A stretch of DNA of 64,000 nucleotides. Source: Azolla caroliniana (lineage: Eukaryota; Plantae; Polypodiophyta). Below, in pieces: positions 1-12,237 of the stretch. The notes under the pieces were generated by a model. The model had not been told where the DNA came from and did not search any database. It saw only the letters and a program-made list of their open reading frames with translations. A program made the translations under genes and the position numbers. Where the stretch lies: the NCBI GenBank assembly GCA_043228905.1, contig JBHGNT010000001.1, forward strand, positions 4,650,001-4,714,000, given 5' to 3'. The first letter of the stretch is position 1. Each line of letters starts with the position of its first letter.

Positions 1-56
1 AATTGATCAGAAGAAAATATTACGAGTGGCTTTCAAGATGCAATTAAACAAATCAC

Positions 57-3000
57 CTGACCCATTTGACCAAAGCCTATAATGACAACAGGTTCATTCA
101 CCTCAAATGTCTCTGTAATTGAAACCTGCTTTACATTAACCAAACCATGCCAAATGAAATCCCAATTCAGATGGTACCCTTTTTTAAGTAATATTATCTG
201 GAAGATGAGATGTGTACATTTGTCTGTGGTATATCAAACCGTGTTTCAATAAATCCTGCCAATTTTTGACCCACTTCATTCAAAAATGGTGTCAATGACA
301 TTGACAGAACAACGACAATGATCAATAATCTGTTCAGCTCCAAAGGCAAGACTCCTAACCTGAAGGAAGATATTGTAATTATTCTCTTTGAATGAATCAA
401 AATTTCACCCTCATAGAAGTCAAATTATAAATGAAGAAATGACGAACCTGTTGGCAAGAGAAAACACAACAAATGCAAACTCTCCACCTTGAGAGAGTAG
501 AAGCCCTATTCGTACACTTTCTGGTAGTGTGAGGCCAACAAAGGGTCCAACAGTCGTGATGATTGCGGTCTTTATTGCTATTAACCCCCCAAGAAGTGTC
601 AACACATTTGGCCACTCCCGTATTAACAGCTGGTTTACAAAGTTTATACTGGTTAAGTTTTTATTCCTGATCATTCAAATTACTTAGTTGTTAAAATTTC
701 AAAACCTCAATATCAATGGAAGTGCCAGTTGTGACAAAAAATAACCCAAGGAGTAAGCCCCTGAAAGGCCGAATTTCTGCTTCAATTTGGGTTCGATAAT
801 TAGTTTCTGCTAGAAGTGCACCAGCAAGAAAAGCTCCAAGCTGTTTCAATGCATAAATGATTCAAAAATTAGATGCAGGATGCTCCACATCTACAGTTTT
901 CCTTATTTTTTGTGATATACATATAGACCATTGGGACTTGGATTGTAGCCTACTGTTGGAAGCGAAAACAAAATGACAAAGATGCTAATAACTACACTAA
1001 AAAGTACCTGACACACGGTCTGTATTAAAACTGCAACAAAACTTAACCAGAAGACATACTCACCGTATCACTAAATCCAAGCTTCTGAGTAATTAGTGAT
1101 GTACCAGTTACAGTCAAGAGACATAGAGCATTGAAAGCTTCTGAGCTCCTGGATTCAGCCACAACCTATAGATATTCCATTAACCACAACCTATTTAGAA
1201 ACTTAAATTTGGATTGTATAACAGAGGAATATTCTGGTAAATTTGGAAAACTCAAATGTGGTGTTGTAAATAGCCAACAAATTAGGGGGTATTTTGGTGT
1301 TTTGCCCTATTCTTTAGTACAGTTTGTGCATCTATTCAGGCTAAATGACACCCCCGAAATGTCACCTCAAATATACGGCGCAGAAATACTTGACCACCAA
1401 AAGAAAGAATTCCCAGCCCACCAAGAGCTTTGAGGCTCTCAGCAGCAAGTAGTGGCCATACACTTTCCTTTCCAAGTGTCTGAATCAACATCAACAGAAG
1501 AAAATGTCAGATAACAAAGAACTTCCATGACAATTGAGAGAAACATATGCAGGAGAAGCATTGTCATATACCCCACTTTCGAGTATTGGTAAAATGACCA
1601 ACAATGGAACTACAGCAATATCCTGCGGGTTAAATCAAAGTATAGCATGAATTCCTATAGCTTATCAGCAGTATCACAAGTTCTATATTAAGAGAATAAT
1701 ACGAAGTGGACCTGAAAAAGAAGTATTCCCAGTGTTGCTGAACCAAAACGGGTAGGGAGTTCTCCTTTTTCTGCAAGAAGCTGAAGCATTCAAAATAGAC
1801 AAGTTAGCAAGTCCCAAACAAGCAAACCCCCTGACGCAGCAAAAATATTCTTGCTTTACACATTCAATTTTACAAGAAAGTTAGCACCAATAAATTTCCA
1901 TCATCATTAGATTGTCCCACTATACAATATTTGGTCTATAACCCAACTTTACATGACTTTGGACTTTCCCTTTTCATCATTCAATTTGTCTTCACTGGTT
2001 TTCTTTCATTACAAGATACATCTGAACCACCCAGTGCATCCTCCAAGAGGGATGATCATTTCCAATCCTATCATGTTAACTCATTATCAATAATGGGTTC
2101 TTCCTATTCATTTTTAGTGAACACATTTCTGAAGACAATCTTGTGCTAATCTAAGTAAAACAGACACGCCAACTGCTAAAATGTAACATGGTTCCTTTTA
2201 TTGCAAAGAATTGGGGAGATCATGCTGCCTGCAACCCATGATATGATGAGCCATCAATGTTTATACCACTTTCAGGGGAATTGAAACATCCACTGGGTGA
2301 ATGAATTCGTTGCATATCCACACATTAATTACAGGGCTAGTTGTAATACTGACGCAGCTTAACACCAATTTTATGATATCATAAAAATGAAAGGAGGTTC
2401 ATTTTAATAGGAATCCAGTAACTCAGTGTAGAAACGTCATCAATGTTATCCTGTCAATCCAACAATAAGAACTTGGCTTCTTCCTAACTATCTGTTTGTA
2501 AAGGAGTCAAGGAACTCAACAGGATACACAAATGTTAGTCACATGACTACTGCATGATTCTCCATGGATCTCACACAAACAAGAAACAAGGCAAATGTTG
2601 TAATGTAATGTCAACTTTCAAGACATTCTCTTGGGCTAATCTCAAGTCAACCAGTCACTCCAACCCATAGAATGCAACAAGGTTTATTTTATTGCATTCT
2701 GACACTATTCTACGAACACGGCAACTTGATTGACATTACATATTTATATGTCTTGACAAGTTGGAACATACATGGCATTTGTAAAACTTATATGCAGAAT
2801 CAGAGTTCTATCAAAGTATTGTGGTCTGCAAAGCATGTTGACTAGATTCCAATATATGACTCCCTTCTCCACATGCCGCAAGCTTCTGATAATAGAATAG
2901 ATGGCATTATAAATTGTGGTAAATGGAATGAGCGCATCCAACTTCTGGATTCCAAACTCTGAACAGGAGGAGAATATGCAGCATCTTAATCATGTGTATT

Positions 3001-6000
3001 CTCGCAGGGAGACTTTGAGCATATCTAACATGTGGCTGCAAACAAGAGACTGCCACTCAATGTGTAAATCAAAAGTATGTGAATGAAGAAACGAGATATC
3101 AGATAGGAGCCTAGGTGAAAAAGAACATGAAAGATCTCGTCAAAGAACTTTGCTGGCTAGGTAGAAATGGGTCACAATCGCCATAGAAGCACATGGCACT
3201 CTAAACTAAAACAATTCTCCTAGCCCATATTTGGGAAGAGCCTTAAGGTAAAGATCTTGTGGAGAACATCTCAGTCTGCATCACAGGTTCTATAGCCTCC
3301 AAGCCCCACTGTGCTTAGGAAGAACCAATGTGCCCAACCACTCGTACCCTGGCCCAATCCATCAAAGCCAGGGTTAGTCTCTATGTAGCATCCAGGGTTG
3401 AATCTGAGAGGTTGGTCTCTATTTAGCATCCAGTAAGATGTAGTATACCATGCATATAAAGTAATACCTGGTTAGGAACAAACTATCGACCAACAAGTGA
3501 GAAATGTATAGAGGACTATATGAAATATCCACAGATAGTAATCATGATGGATGCCGGGTGTGAAGTTCCAATACACAAAGTCTTCTTGAAATCCACAAGT
3601 AAAATAGTCATTGGCTGGCCTGGATCTTTAACATGTGCAATAGCTTCGTACAAACAAAATGCAGTATCCAAAATACAACAATCTTGGGGATAAAACTTGT
3701 CTCATCATATGGAACTTGCTACTTCATTCGATGGAGACAGAGAATATTTCCCATCACTGTGCCAACCTTAAAAATGAGGGCCGTTACTAATTAAATGTTT
3801 GCAACCCAACCTATATTGCCTTACTGATTTTCCCACGATTTCTGGAGATGCAAGCACAGTACCATTATCATTCACCACATCACTCACTGTGATGATATGG
3901 AATAACAGATACTTTGTATACAACATATATGCCTAGGATTGTACCTGTCTTTAGTTTCTCTTATAGAGCATACACAACATTATTTAGCCCATTTATTTCA
4001 TTATACATACAATCATTCTTCGTGTGACAAACCTGCAAAACAAAGGCTGAAGATGACATTGAGAGTGCAGCTCCAATAACTACTGCTTCATCTATTGTCC
4101 GAATATTTACCTGGATACCATTTTGCCAGTTAGTTGAGTATATAGTAATTCCAATTTCCATCATTCTACTATTTAGCTAATTTATACAGAATGAGTATAA
4201 ATCATTGAGAGACCACTCAATATCTAAAATTTGAGTATTCAAGAAAGAAACGGCCTGCCTTCTTGAGAGGGGAGTTATACCAAATCGGGTCTCGAATGAA
4301 ATAGAAACTCTAGAATTTTTGTCCCAATAGCACCATTTGGTGGAAGCTCAAATGCCGTAAATGCTAAAGTAGAAAGCAAAACCTGGTAAAATCATAAAAC
4401 AAGTAGCAATTCTGATATTCCAAAACAGTTAGATAATGATCCTCCAATATGGAAATATCCTTTTAAACTTCCAATATTCCTACAGAATGAACACTGTTAA
4501 AAAATTGAATGAAAACAAACCTGTGCTAGGCCCATACCAAAAGCAAACTTTGCAAGTGCTTTTAACCGTGCTAATGATAACTCCAAGCCCATCTCAAACA
4601 ACTGGAAAGATCCAATTTTTGGTAAACAGAATCAGAATTCTTCTTGATGTTGATATTATAACTTCTTAATTCTAATTAATTAATTAAAAAGTTTTTAATA
4701 TTGTTATCAAGAACAAATAAAAGTTTACTTATTGCAAAATGACCATGATAAAGATACTAATAACCATCAGATCTTTACCTTACTAGCTGAATGAGCCAGC
4801 AACCTTTGATAGTGTAAAAATGTACACTTTGTTTTAAGCTAAGTCAGGCACACATTGTGCAACCCATGAGCCATGGAACATAAACCTTAAATTGGCTGCA
4901 GAATGTTAATTCCTAGAGCTGAAATTACTGCACTTATTTGGTCTCTAATTCCAGCACTTTTTGTAGCCATGTCACTCCCAACCAGAGTCAGCCATACATA
5001 ATATAAGCCCCTGATACCATATTATCCCATGGACATCGTGTGGCCACTGTAACCTACATCCTTGGATTTCTCAGCTAAGGTCACCTTACATAGCCAAGTT
5101 CAAGATAGAACCTTTACCTCTCCATGCCTTCATTCCATTATGAGCATGAGGCAAAAGGTTCTTTACTGGAACACTTTTGTCGTCTCAGTTATTAGGTTTG
5201 TGGTAACTAACCCAATCCTTGCAGCCCTGCCTTGCATTGACTGAGTTAAAACATTGCTCTGGCTTCACAACTGCATTTCTAATACTTATAGAAAGACAGT
5301 AGGATATCCTATGTTTGATGAAGGTAGCCGTTCCTGGAAAATTGCAAAAACAGATGCTATCACAGAAACGATTCTCGGTGTTTCTGTCTGTCAAAGATTT
5401 ATGATTGTACTAGATATAGTGTGTTTTCTTTATTGTTTTCAAAATTTTAATGGATTAGTACAAATTGGAACTGCTCCCAAATTATGCACTTCTTGTAAGC
5501 CGACAAGTGCACAACATTTTAGCTTTCCTTATTCTCATTTTACTCCAAAAGACAACCCGTTAAAGGCTTACAAAGTAATCAGTTCCAACTAGATTGCTCA
5601 TAGCGTATTACTTTACAAAACATGATTGTTTTGAGCGGAGAGAAATCTCAAGTTATCAAGTATCTACTCAACCTGTACAATGAAGAGCCCATGATTTTTA
5701 AGAAGTACACCAATATCCTTGAACTCTCAAAATATTTCCAGCATGCAGTTACTCTATAATTTTAACACATTGCAATCACATACTCACAAGAAAAAGAATG
5801 CCTAATTCGGATAAGGCTTTGACATCAACAATGTTTCGAATCAAGCCCAGCTGGTTGAGAACAACACCAGTCAAAAAGAAACCCAAGATCTGCCAAAAGA
5901 AAGATATGTTTGGTGCTTGAGTAATGCATGAATCATATATAACATCAATATCACGAGTGGTGCAAAATACAAATAATAGGTCAGCATACCGGGCTGGCTT

Positions 6001-6337
6001 TAATAGCCTTGAATGTTGGTACAACAAAAACTGTTGCTGCTAAAAATGTTAGAGTATCTAGACCCAAATCATTAATAACATCCAATCCTGCTGCTATGCT
6101 TACTTCAGCTCTCGGGATTAAGGGTAATCTCTGATCTGATATGAACAAATTGCATTTTTTTGCTCTGTACTTGTACATCCACGCTTGTAATCTGGGGTCT
6201 GCAGTTCCGTGTTTGAAATCCATAAATCGACTTTGTTCAAAACACGTTGACTTTTTGTGTTTGATACGGAAGTGGCATTGCGGTCTTGAGTGTAAACAAG
6301 TAGAAATCAAGGATTTATGTGGCCTTCCATTATAAGC
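57..6337 (-). CDS. KEA3: K+ efflux antiporter 3 (thylakoid CPA2 K+/H+ antiporter); partial, 3' exons lie left of the window and the first exon is uncertain
   Basis: Phase-consistent GT-AG exons (5'->3'): 6337-5990, 5889-5788, 4601-4521, 4382-4281, 4110-4033, 1780-1712, 1622-1572, 1479-1366, 1165-1064, 840-706, 629-448, 359-218, 125-57. They give DVINDLGLDTLTFL..KASPILGFFLTGVVLNQLGLIRN..LFEMGLELSLARLKALAKFAFGMG..FELPPNGAIGTKILEFLFHSRPDL..QDIAVVPLLVILP..SQGGEFAFVVFSLANRLGVLP..EPVVIIGFGQMGQ, which I recognise as the KEA3 transmembrane domain plus the start of the KTN domain. A candidate upstream exon ends at ~7135 (..ICGE|GT, phase 0). Confidence 0.95.
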
Positions 6338-8576
6338 CTGAAATAAATACAAAGAAGACTAAGTTTAAAGACCAAGACAATCAGATAGCAAGGAATTTTT
6401 AAGTCAGATCCAGACCTCAATGTTAAGTACTATCAGTAATCTAGAAAACAGTAAGTGTAATGACTCATTGAATGGATTTTCATAAAGATACAAATTATCT
6501 TACAGAATTTGCAGGGTGACCCTTTTTTTCAAAATTCAGGTGAGCTATATAACTGTAAATCGTCAGTTCTGCATATGACACTAAAAATAATAGCACAATG
6601 AATTTATGTACTAAAGTTAATCAATGCTTGAAGCGTATATAGGTCGATATCCTCTATTGAAATCTTTTTATGGAAGTTCACCAAGACTGATGTTTATATT
6701 TTTCGTAAGTTTTTCCTTTCTAGGAAGCATCTCAGGATTACCTCATTAGGTGAGTTCCAAATGAAAACCTATGATTGTGAGAATTTGGGGTTTATGAATA
6801 AAGGAATAGAGGTGCATTTGTAAGCCAGGACGTGAGCTTTCTTGCTGTATATAAATCACAGGCATAAAAGACAAGGATCAGAACAATTATGGCTGTTTGT
6901 TTGCATTCTCTTTAGAGAAAGATACATATATATTACTGTAAAAGGTATACATCAAACCACTAGATGCAAAGTGTGTCAAGGCCTTGTCTCTATGACCTGT
7001 GTATAGAGCTGTGTATCAAACAGTTGTCTATATAAGAGAAGTTTGAGATGTGCCTGTGAAGCATCCTATAGATTGGAAAGAGAGTAAAACAACTCCATCC
7101 AGATTGACAGTAAGGACTCTCAGATGGAAAATACCTCTCCACAAATAATATTCTGCAGGCAGTGAGACTTATATATGCACCAACTGTTAAGAATACAGTG
7201 GAAAACAGATATCGTCCCAACGGTATCACTGCTGGTGTGAATTATACAAAGGTAGCATAAATAAGACTCTGGTTGTATATTACAGCCACAACCATGGACT
7301 GATATATTTGTAGAGTGCAATGTTTGCAGATTATCAACAGTTTGCATCACAGACCGAAACATTACAGCAGTGAAGTCAAACATATCCTTCTTCGAGAGGA
7401 TGCTACTACCATTCTGGAAAATTTGAAAGAGAAAAGGGACCTTCCTTAATAATATGATAATTGCAATTTTTGGCCTTGGAGAAGTGATTTGTTATAGTGT
7501 GAGGTAAAAGAAGTCCATAACTTCTTCGTGTGATCTTCAAATTGAGAGTCTAGCGATTCTGCAATCGTCTCATCGAGATCTTTCAAATAAATGTCATGTT
7601 AAAACATTCTAATTACCATTTTCTCAATCTAAAACTAAAGATATCATCATTGACTTTTGTTACACAGCTCCTTTTACTCCCATAATTGACCCTATTAAAT
7701 ATATAAGGTAGGTATACCAAAAAACATATTTCACTAATGGAGCTCATAATGTTCATCGAAGTATTACAAAGAGAACATTAAAAATGAGGGTGCAAGAGAT
7801 GACTACCAGGAGTATATTGCCATTGGGGGATGTGAAACCGGATGCTTCTAGTGATGAGGAAGCTCTTGAATTTCCTACCATAGCTATCAAAATATGGTCA
7901 CAACGAGCTCACAGCAATAAATATACCATACAGCACAGTCCAAACTAAGAACTTTCTTCCTCTGCTCAGTGATTAATAAACAAATCTCCACCTAAGCTGC
8001 AAGAAATGAGTGATTGGTTATCCTCTAAAAACTCTTTTGTTGATGGGTCTTCAGAAAGCTCTTTCTTAATGACGGATTCTCTACATCACATGCCCTTCCA
8101 ATAACGGGTTCTTTGCAATACATATTGCTCCATTGACGGTTCAAACAGTTCTGTTATGTACGCAACACATACTTTTCCATTGATGGATCCTCTGCAATAC
8201 ATGATCTTCTTCCATTGATGGAATCCATGTAAAACATGCTATTGTCGATGATGGGTTACCTTCCAGAAGCGTCTTTATAGAACTGATGGGTCGTCTTCAA
8301 GGAGCTCTATAATACTGTGTCTCGACACGTGATCTTTCAATCTCTGCTTGAAACCTATAGCTCTTGTTTTGAGCTAATACCAGGGAAGACACATGGGTTT
8401 CAATCGTTCATCTGGATTCTTTTTCTTCTCGCGTTTTCTTCCTCGTTATCCAAAATCTGCACAAGGGACGCTTTTCTGAGCTGACTGGGCAGATCAATGG
8501 GCGAGTTAGTGGTGCATCCATTCTCCACGTTTGCAAAGTCGCGTGTGGTCTGTTTCTCATCCCCTGTTTCTGCTGG

Positions 8577-8750
8577 ATATACATACATTATACATACATT
8601 ATACATACATACATACATACATACATACATACATTATACATATTTTATACATACATACATACATTATACATACATTATACATACATACATACATACATAC
8701 ATACATACATTATACATACATTATACATACATACATACATACATACATAT
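8577..8750. repeat. Compound (TACA)n/(TACAT-TA) microsatellite
   Basis: Direct reading: atacatacattatacatacat... It ends about 10 bp from the LTR edge. Confidence 0.95.
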
Positions 8751-8760
8751 ATCATCATAT

Positions 8761-9004
8761 TGTGAAATGCTCTCAAGAATAGCCCCCCTTTTCATTATGT
8801 CTCAAGTTACATTTTATAGACTCTCTCTTAGCGTGGAGGGTGTTCTCCCGCTCCAATTAGCTCTACTAATTATGGGGCTTGGTGGGGGCCTAGTTTGGGT
8901 GTGGTGCATGAGGCTTGGTAGGGGCCTAATTTGGGTGTGGTCTATGTGTGGTGCATGGGGCTTGGTAGGGGCCTAATCTAGGTGTGGTCCATGTGACCAC
9001 CACA
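8761..9004 (-). repeat. 3' LTR
   Basis: Matches 13264-13507 except at 8849 (C vs T) and 8997 (C vs G); TATAAAA on the minus strand at ~8812-8818; three internal G-rich subrepeats. Confidence 0.97.
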
Positions 9005-9026
9005 ATTCCCCCTTGTAAAAAAAAAA
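9005..9026 (-). promoter_or_regulatory. Polypurine tract with upstream U-tract
   Basis: Minus strand reads TAA-C-T10-AC-AAGGGGGAAT then the TG of the 3' LTR. Confidence 0.8.
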
Positions 9027-9027
9027 G

Positions 9028-12000
9028 TTACTGTGCAGTCGAAGCGCGACAAGGCGTGGACGACGGTTCCAGACGGGGGGATGACACGGGCGTGGGCGTA
9101 GGCATGAGTGTGGGCGGGGGCGGTGGTAGTTGATGGAAGGGCTTCATGCGAGACTGGTGAGCAAAGGTAGAGCGGTTGTTGGAGGCGCGGCGGAGCAGGT
9201 ATGTAGTGTCACGTATCTGCTTTTGAACTTCGAAGGGACCGATCCATCGGTGCATGAGCGATTCGCTGAGACCGCGACGACGGATGGGGAAGTAGACGAG
9301 GACTTTGTCACCGACGTGGTATTGATGATCGACACGGCCTATATCGTGTTGTCGTTTTTGGCGTAGTTGTGCCTGGTGCAGGTTGCTCGTGATGGCTTTG
9401 CGGAGGAGGGGCTGGAGTTGTTGTAGGTGGGACCACCAAGACACTGCGTCAGCGTGGAGTCGTGTGGTTGGTTGCGGGACTGCCACTTCTGGGGGTAAGC
9501 GCGGGTCCCTTCCGTAAAGGGCCCGAAATGGGCTAATGCGGGTAGAGGCTTGCACAGTTGTGTTGTAGGCATGCGTAACGAAGGGCAAGATTCGGTCCCA
9601 GGTTGAGTGCAGCGGATCGATGTAGGCTGAGATTTGTTGTTTTAAGGTTCGATTGAGGCGCTCCGTCAACCCATTCGTTTGCGGATGGTAGGGTGACGTG
9701 AATAACTGGGGTGAAACGAGGCGTAGGAGCTCACCGTTGAACTGGGGTCCTCAATCGGACAAGATTTGGAGTGGGCAACCGTGGGGGAAGATGATTTTCT
9801 CCAATAGTTTGGAGGCGATGGTCATAGCCTTTGCATCTGGGATAGCGGCCGTCTCAGCCCAACGCGTCAAGTACTCGGTGATGACGAGGATGAATTCGTT
9901 CCCTCCTTGTGACTCGGGAAAGGGGCCCATAATGTCCCATCCGACGATTTCAAATGGAGCTTGAACTTGTATCGGATGTAAGAGGCCTTGAGCCACTTGA
10001 GGTGATTTGATGGCCTGACATAAGTTGCATGCTTTGATGTAGGAGGCGACCTCGTGGCGTAGCCCAGGCCAATAGAATTTGCGACGAATTTTGTCGAGCA
10101 CCTTATGAAAACCCAAGTGGCCGGACAACGGGTGATTGTGGAAGAAACGAAGGTAAGACTGGCGTAGTTGCTCAAGCACGTAGACTCGGGGTTCTTTGCC
10201 TACTTGACAAAAAAGTAGGACATTATCCTGGATCATGAATTGCTTGGTGAGTGATGATGTTGGTTCAACTCGTAGGCGGTGGCAGATATCTTGGATTTGT
10301 TTGTCGTGTTGTTGCATGTTGGCCATTTGGGACGAGGATATGGGGAAATCGATTGTGTTGGAGGTGATCTGGTTCGCCTGAAAGGATATGCGGGATAATC
10401 CATCGGCGACGATGTTTTGTGGACCATGGCGATAGCGCAGAGTGAATGTGTAATCCTGTAGCGCCAAAACCCAACGAAGTAAGCGGCCGGGTGGATGAGC
10501 CTTCTTTATGAGGGAGAGCAATGGTTGATGGTCTGTTTCGACTGATGTATTTGATCCGTGAAGGTATGGGTGGAAACGATGGAATGCCCAGACGATGGCG
10601 AGGAACTCTTTTTCAGTTGTCGAGTAATTTTGTTCGGCTTTGGTAAGTGACCGACTGATGTAGGCAATCGGGCGGAGTTGGTCGTTGTCGTCGGATTGGA
10701 GCAGGACCGCACCAAGGCCGACATTGGAGGCATCCGTCTGCAGATGGAAAGGCTTTGTGAAATCAGGGTGGGCCAGGAGGTCAGAGGCTTGGAGTGTTCT
10801 CTTGAGCTGCAGGAAGCTGGATTCGCAGGCTTCGGTCCACAGGAAGGGTGCGTCTTTTTGTAGGAGCGCGCGTAGTGGGGCTGACAGGTCGGCTAGCCAT
10901 GGGATGAAACGAAGAGAGAACGTGAGGAGGCCGAGGAAGTGTTGAAGCTGCTTGACTGTGGTGGGGCGTGGGAATTTTTGGACTGCTTCTGTCTTCTCCG
11001 GGTCCATTTGTATTCCGTCGAAGGAGATGACGTACCCAAGGAAGCGGAGGCACGTACTACCCCATCGGCACTTCTTCCATTGCAGCTGCAATCGATAGCG
11101 TTGAACACAAGTTAGGACCTCCCGAAGGACTTGAAGGTGTTCTGCCCAAGTGCTTGTATGTACCAGAATATCGTCTAGATAGACGATAACGACACGGCGG
11201 GTGATGAGATCATCGAAGATGGCATTAGCCATTCGTTGGAATGTGCTCCCCGCATCAGATAGGCCAAAGGGCATCCGTGTGAACTGAAAAATGCCTTTCC
11301 TAGTGCGGAATGCAGTTTTGTGGGCATCGTGAGGATTCATCGGGATCTGCCAATATCCCGAGGCTAGATCGAGGGAGGTGAAGTACTTTGATTTGCCAAG
11401 CTGGTCGAGGAGGTCATCGATACGAGGGAGATGGTATCGGTCATGGGTGGTGACATGGTTCAATTGTCGGAAGTCGACACAAAAGCGGTAAGAACCATCC
11501 CCTTTCTTTACCATGTGTGGCTCCGAGATCCACTCGCTCTTGGAAGGTGTGATAATCCCTTGTTGGAGCATAGTTTTGACGGCGTTGTCGATGCGCTCGT
11601 GGTCGAGAGGCGAGCGACGTCGGGGAGCTGCGTTGATGGGGCGGGCGTTGCCTGTAGGAATCGTGTGGTGAATCGGAAAACGGACTGAGGGAGGTTTTAC
11701 AGGCGGTGTAGACAACGAGGGAAAGGTGGCGAGGAGCCGTCTGATGTCGTTGATGCGCTCCGCCGGTGATATCAGGTACTGTGTGTTGCTGATGTGGGTG
11801 GTATCCCGCGGAGTAGTGAAGAGCGCGATCGGAATGTGATTTGGGAGGATGAGTTGTTGTGCGGAGAAATCGAGACAGGCTCGACTATGGAGGAACCAAT
11901 CACATCCCAAGGTGATTGGGAACAACTGGCGCGGGAGGACGTAGAAATGATGGTGGATCTGGGCGGAACTAATGGTGAGCATGCACCTGACTTGCATATG

Positions 12001-12237
12001 TGAGTGGTACACCCGTTGTTGGTCGCCGAAGAGGATTTTAATGGGCGGTGCGTGGCTCGTGGGAAGTTGTAATTGGGTGACTAAATCTGCGCTGATGGAA
12101 GAGATGCTGCTACCGGAGTCGAGGAGAACTTCTTGGGTCGTGTGCTGGAGGCGGGCGATTGTGGTACAAACGGGCGAAGTTGATGAAGTGGAGGCGTGGA
12201 CGTGCGGGGGCGGCTCTCCCTGCGGCACCCCGCGCAT
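9028..12237 (-). pseudogene. pol: pol polyprotein (protease, RT, RNase H, integrase with GPY/F) with an in-frame TGA at 9753-9751
   Basis: LLDSGS protease; FCVDFRQLN..LPRIDDLLDQL..LDLASGYWQI..MPFGL..YLDD RT; TDASNVGLGAVLLQ..NYSTTEKEFLAIVWA..TDHQPL RNase H; H..H..CNLC zinc finger; WDIMGPFP..ILSD*GPQF..YHPQTNGLTERLN core; WIGPFEV motif. ORFs 9751-12237 and 9028-9669 are in the same frame. Confidence 0.95.

Noticed and set aside
2600-3800. Possible LINE remnant in a KEA3 intron (similar hints at 4900-5400, 43070-43400, 55200-55700)
   Set aside because: Only faint Cys/Trp-pattern hints; too degenerate to support boundaries without a search.
8497-8976. 159-aa and overlapping H/T/Y/I-rich ORFs
   Set aside because: Translation of the TACA microsatellite plus the antisense LTR.
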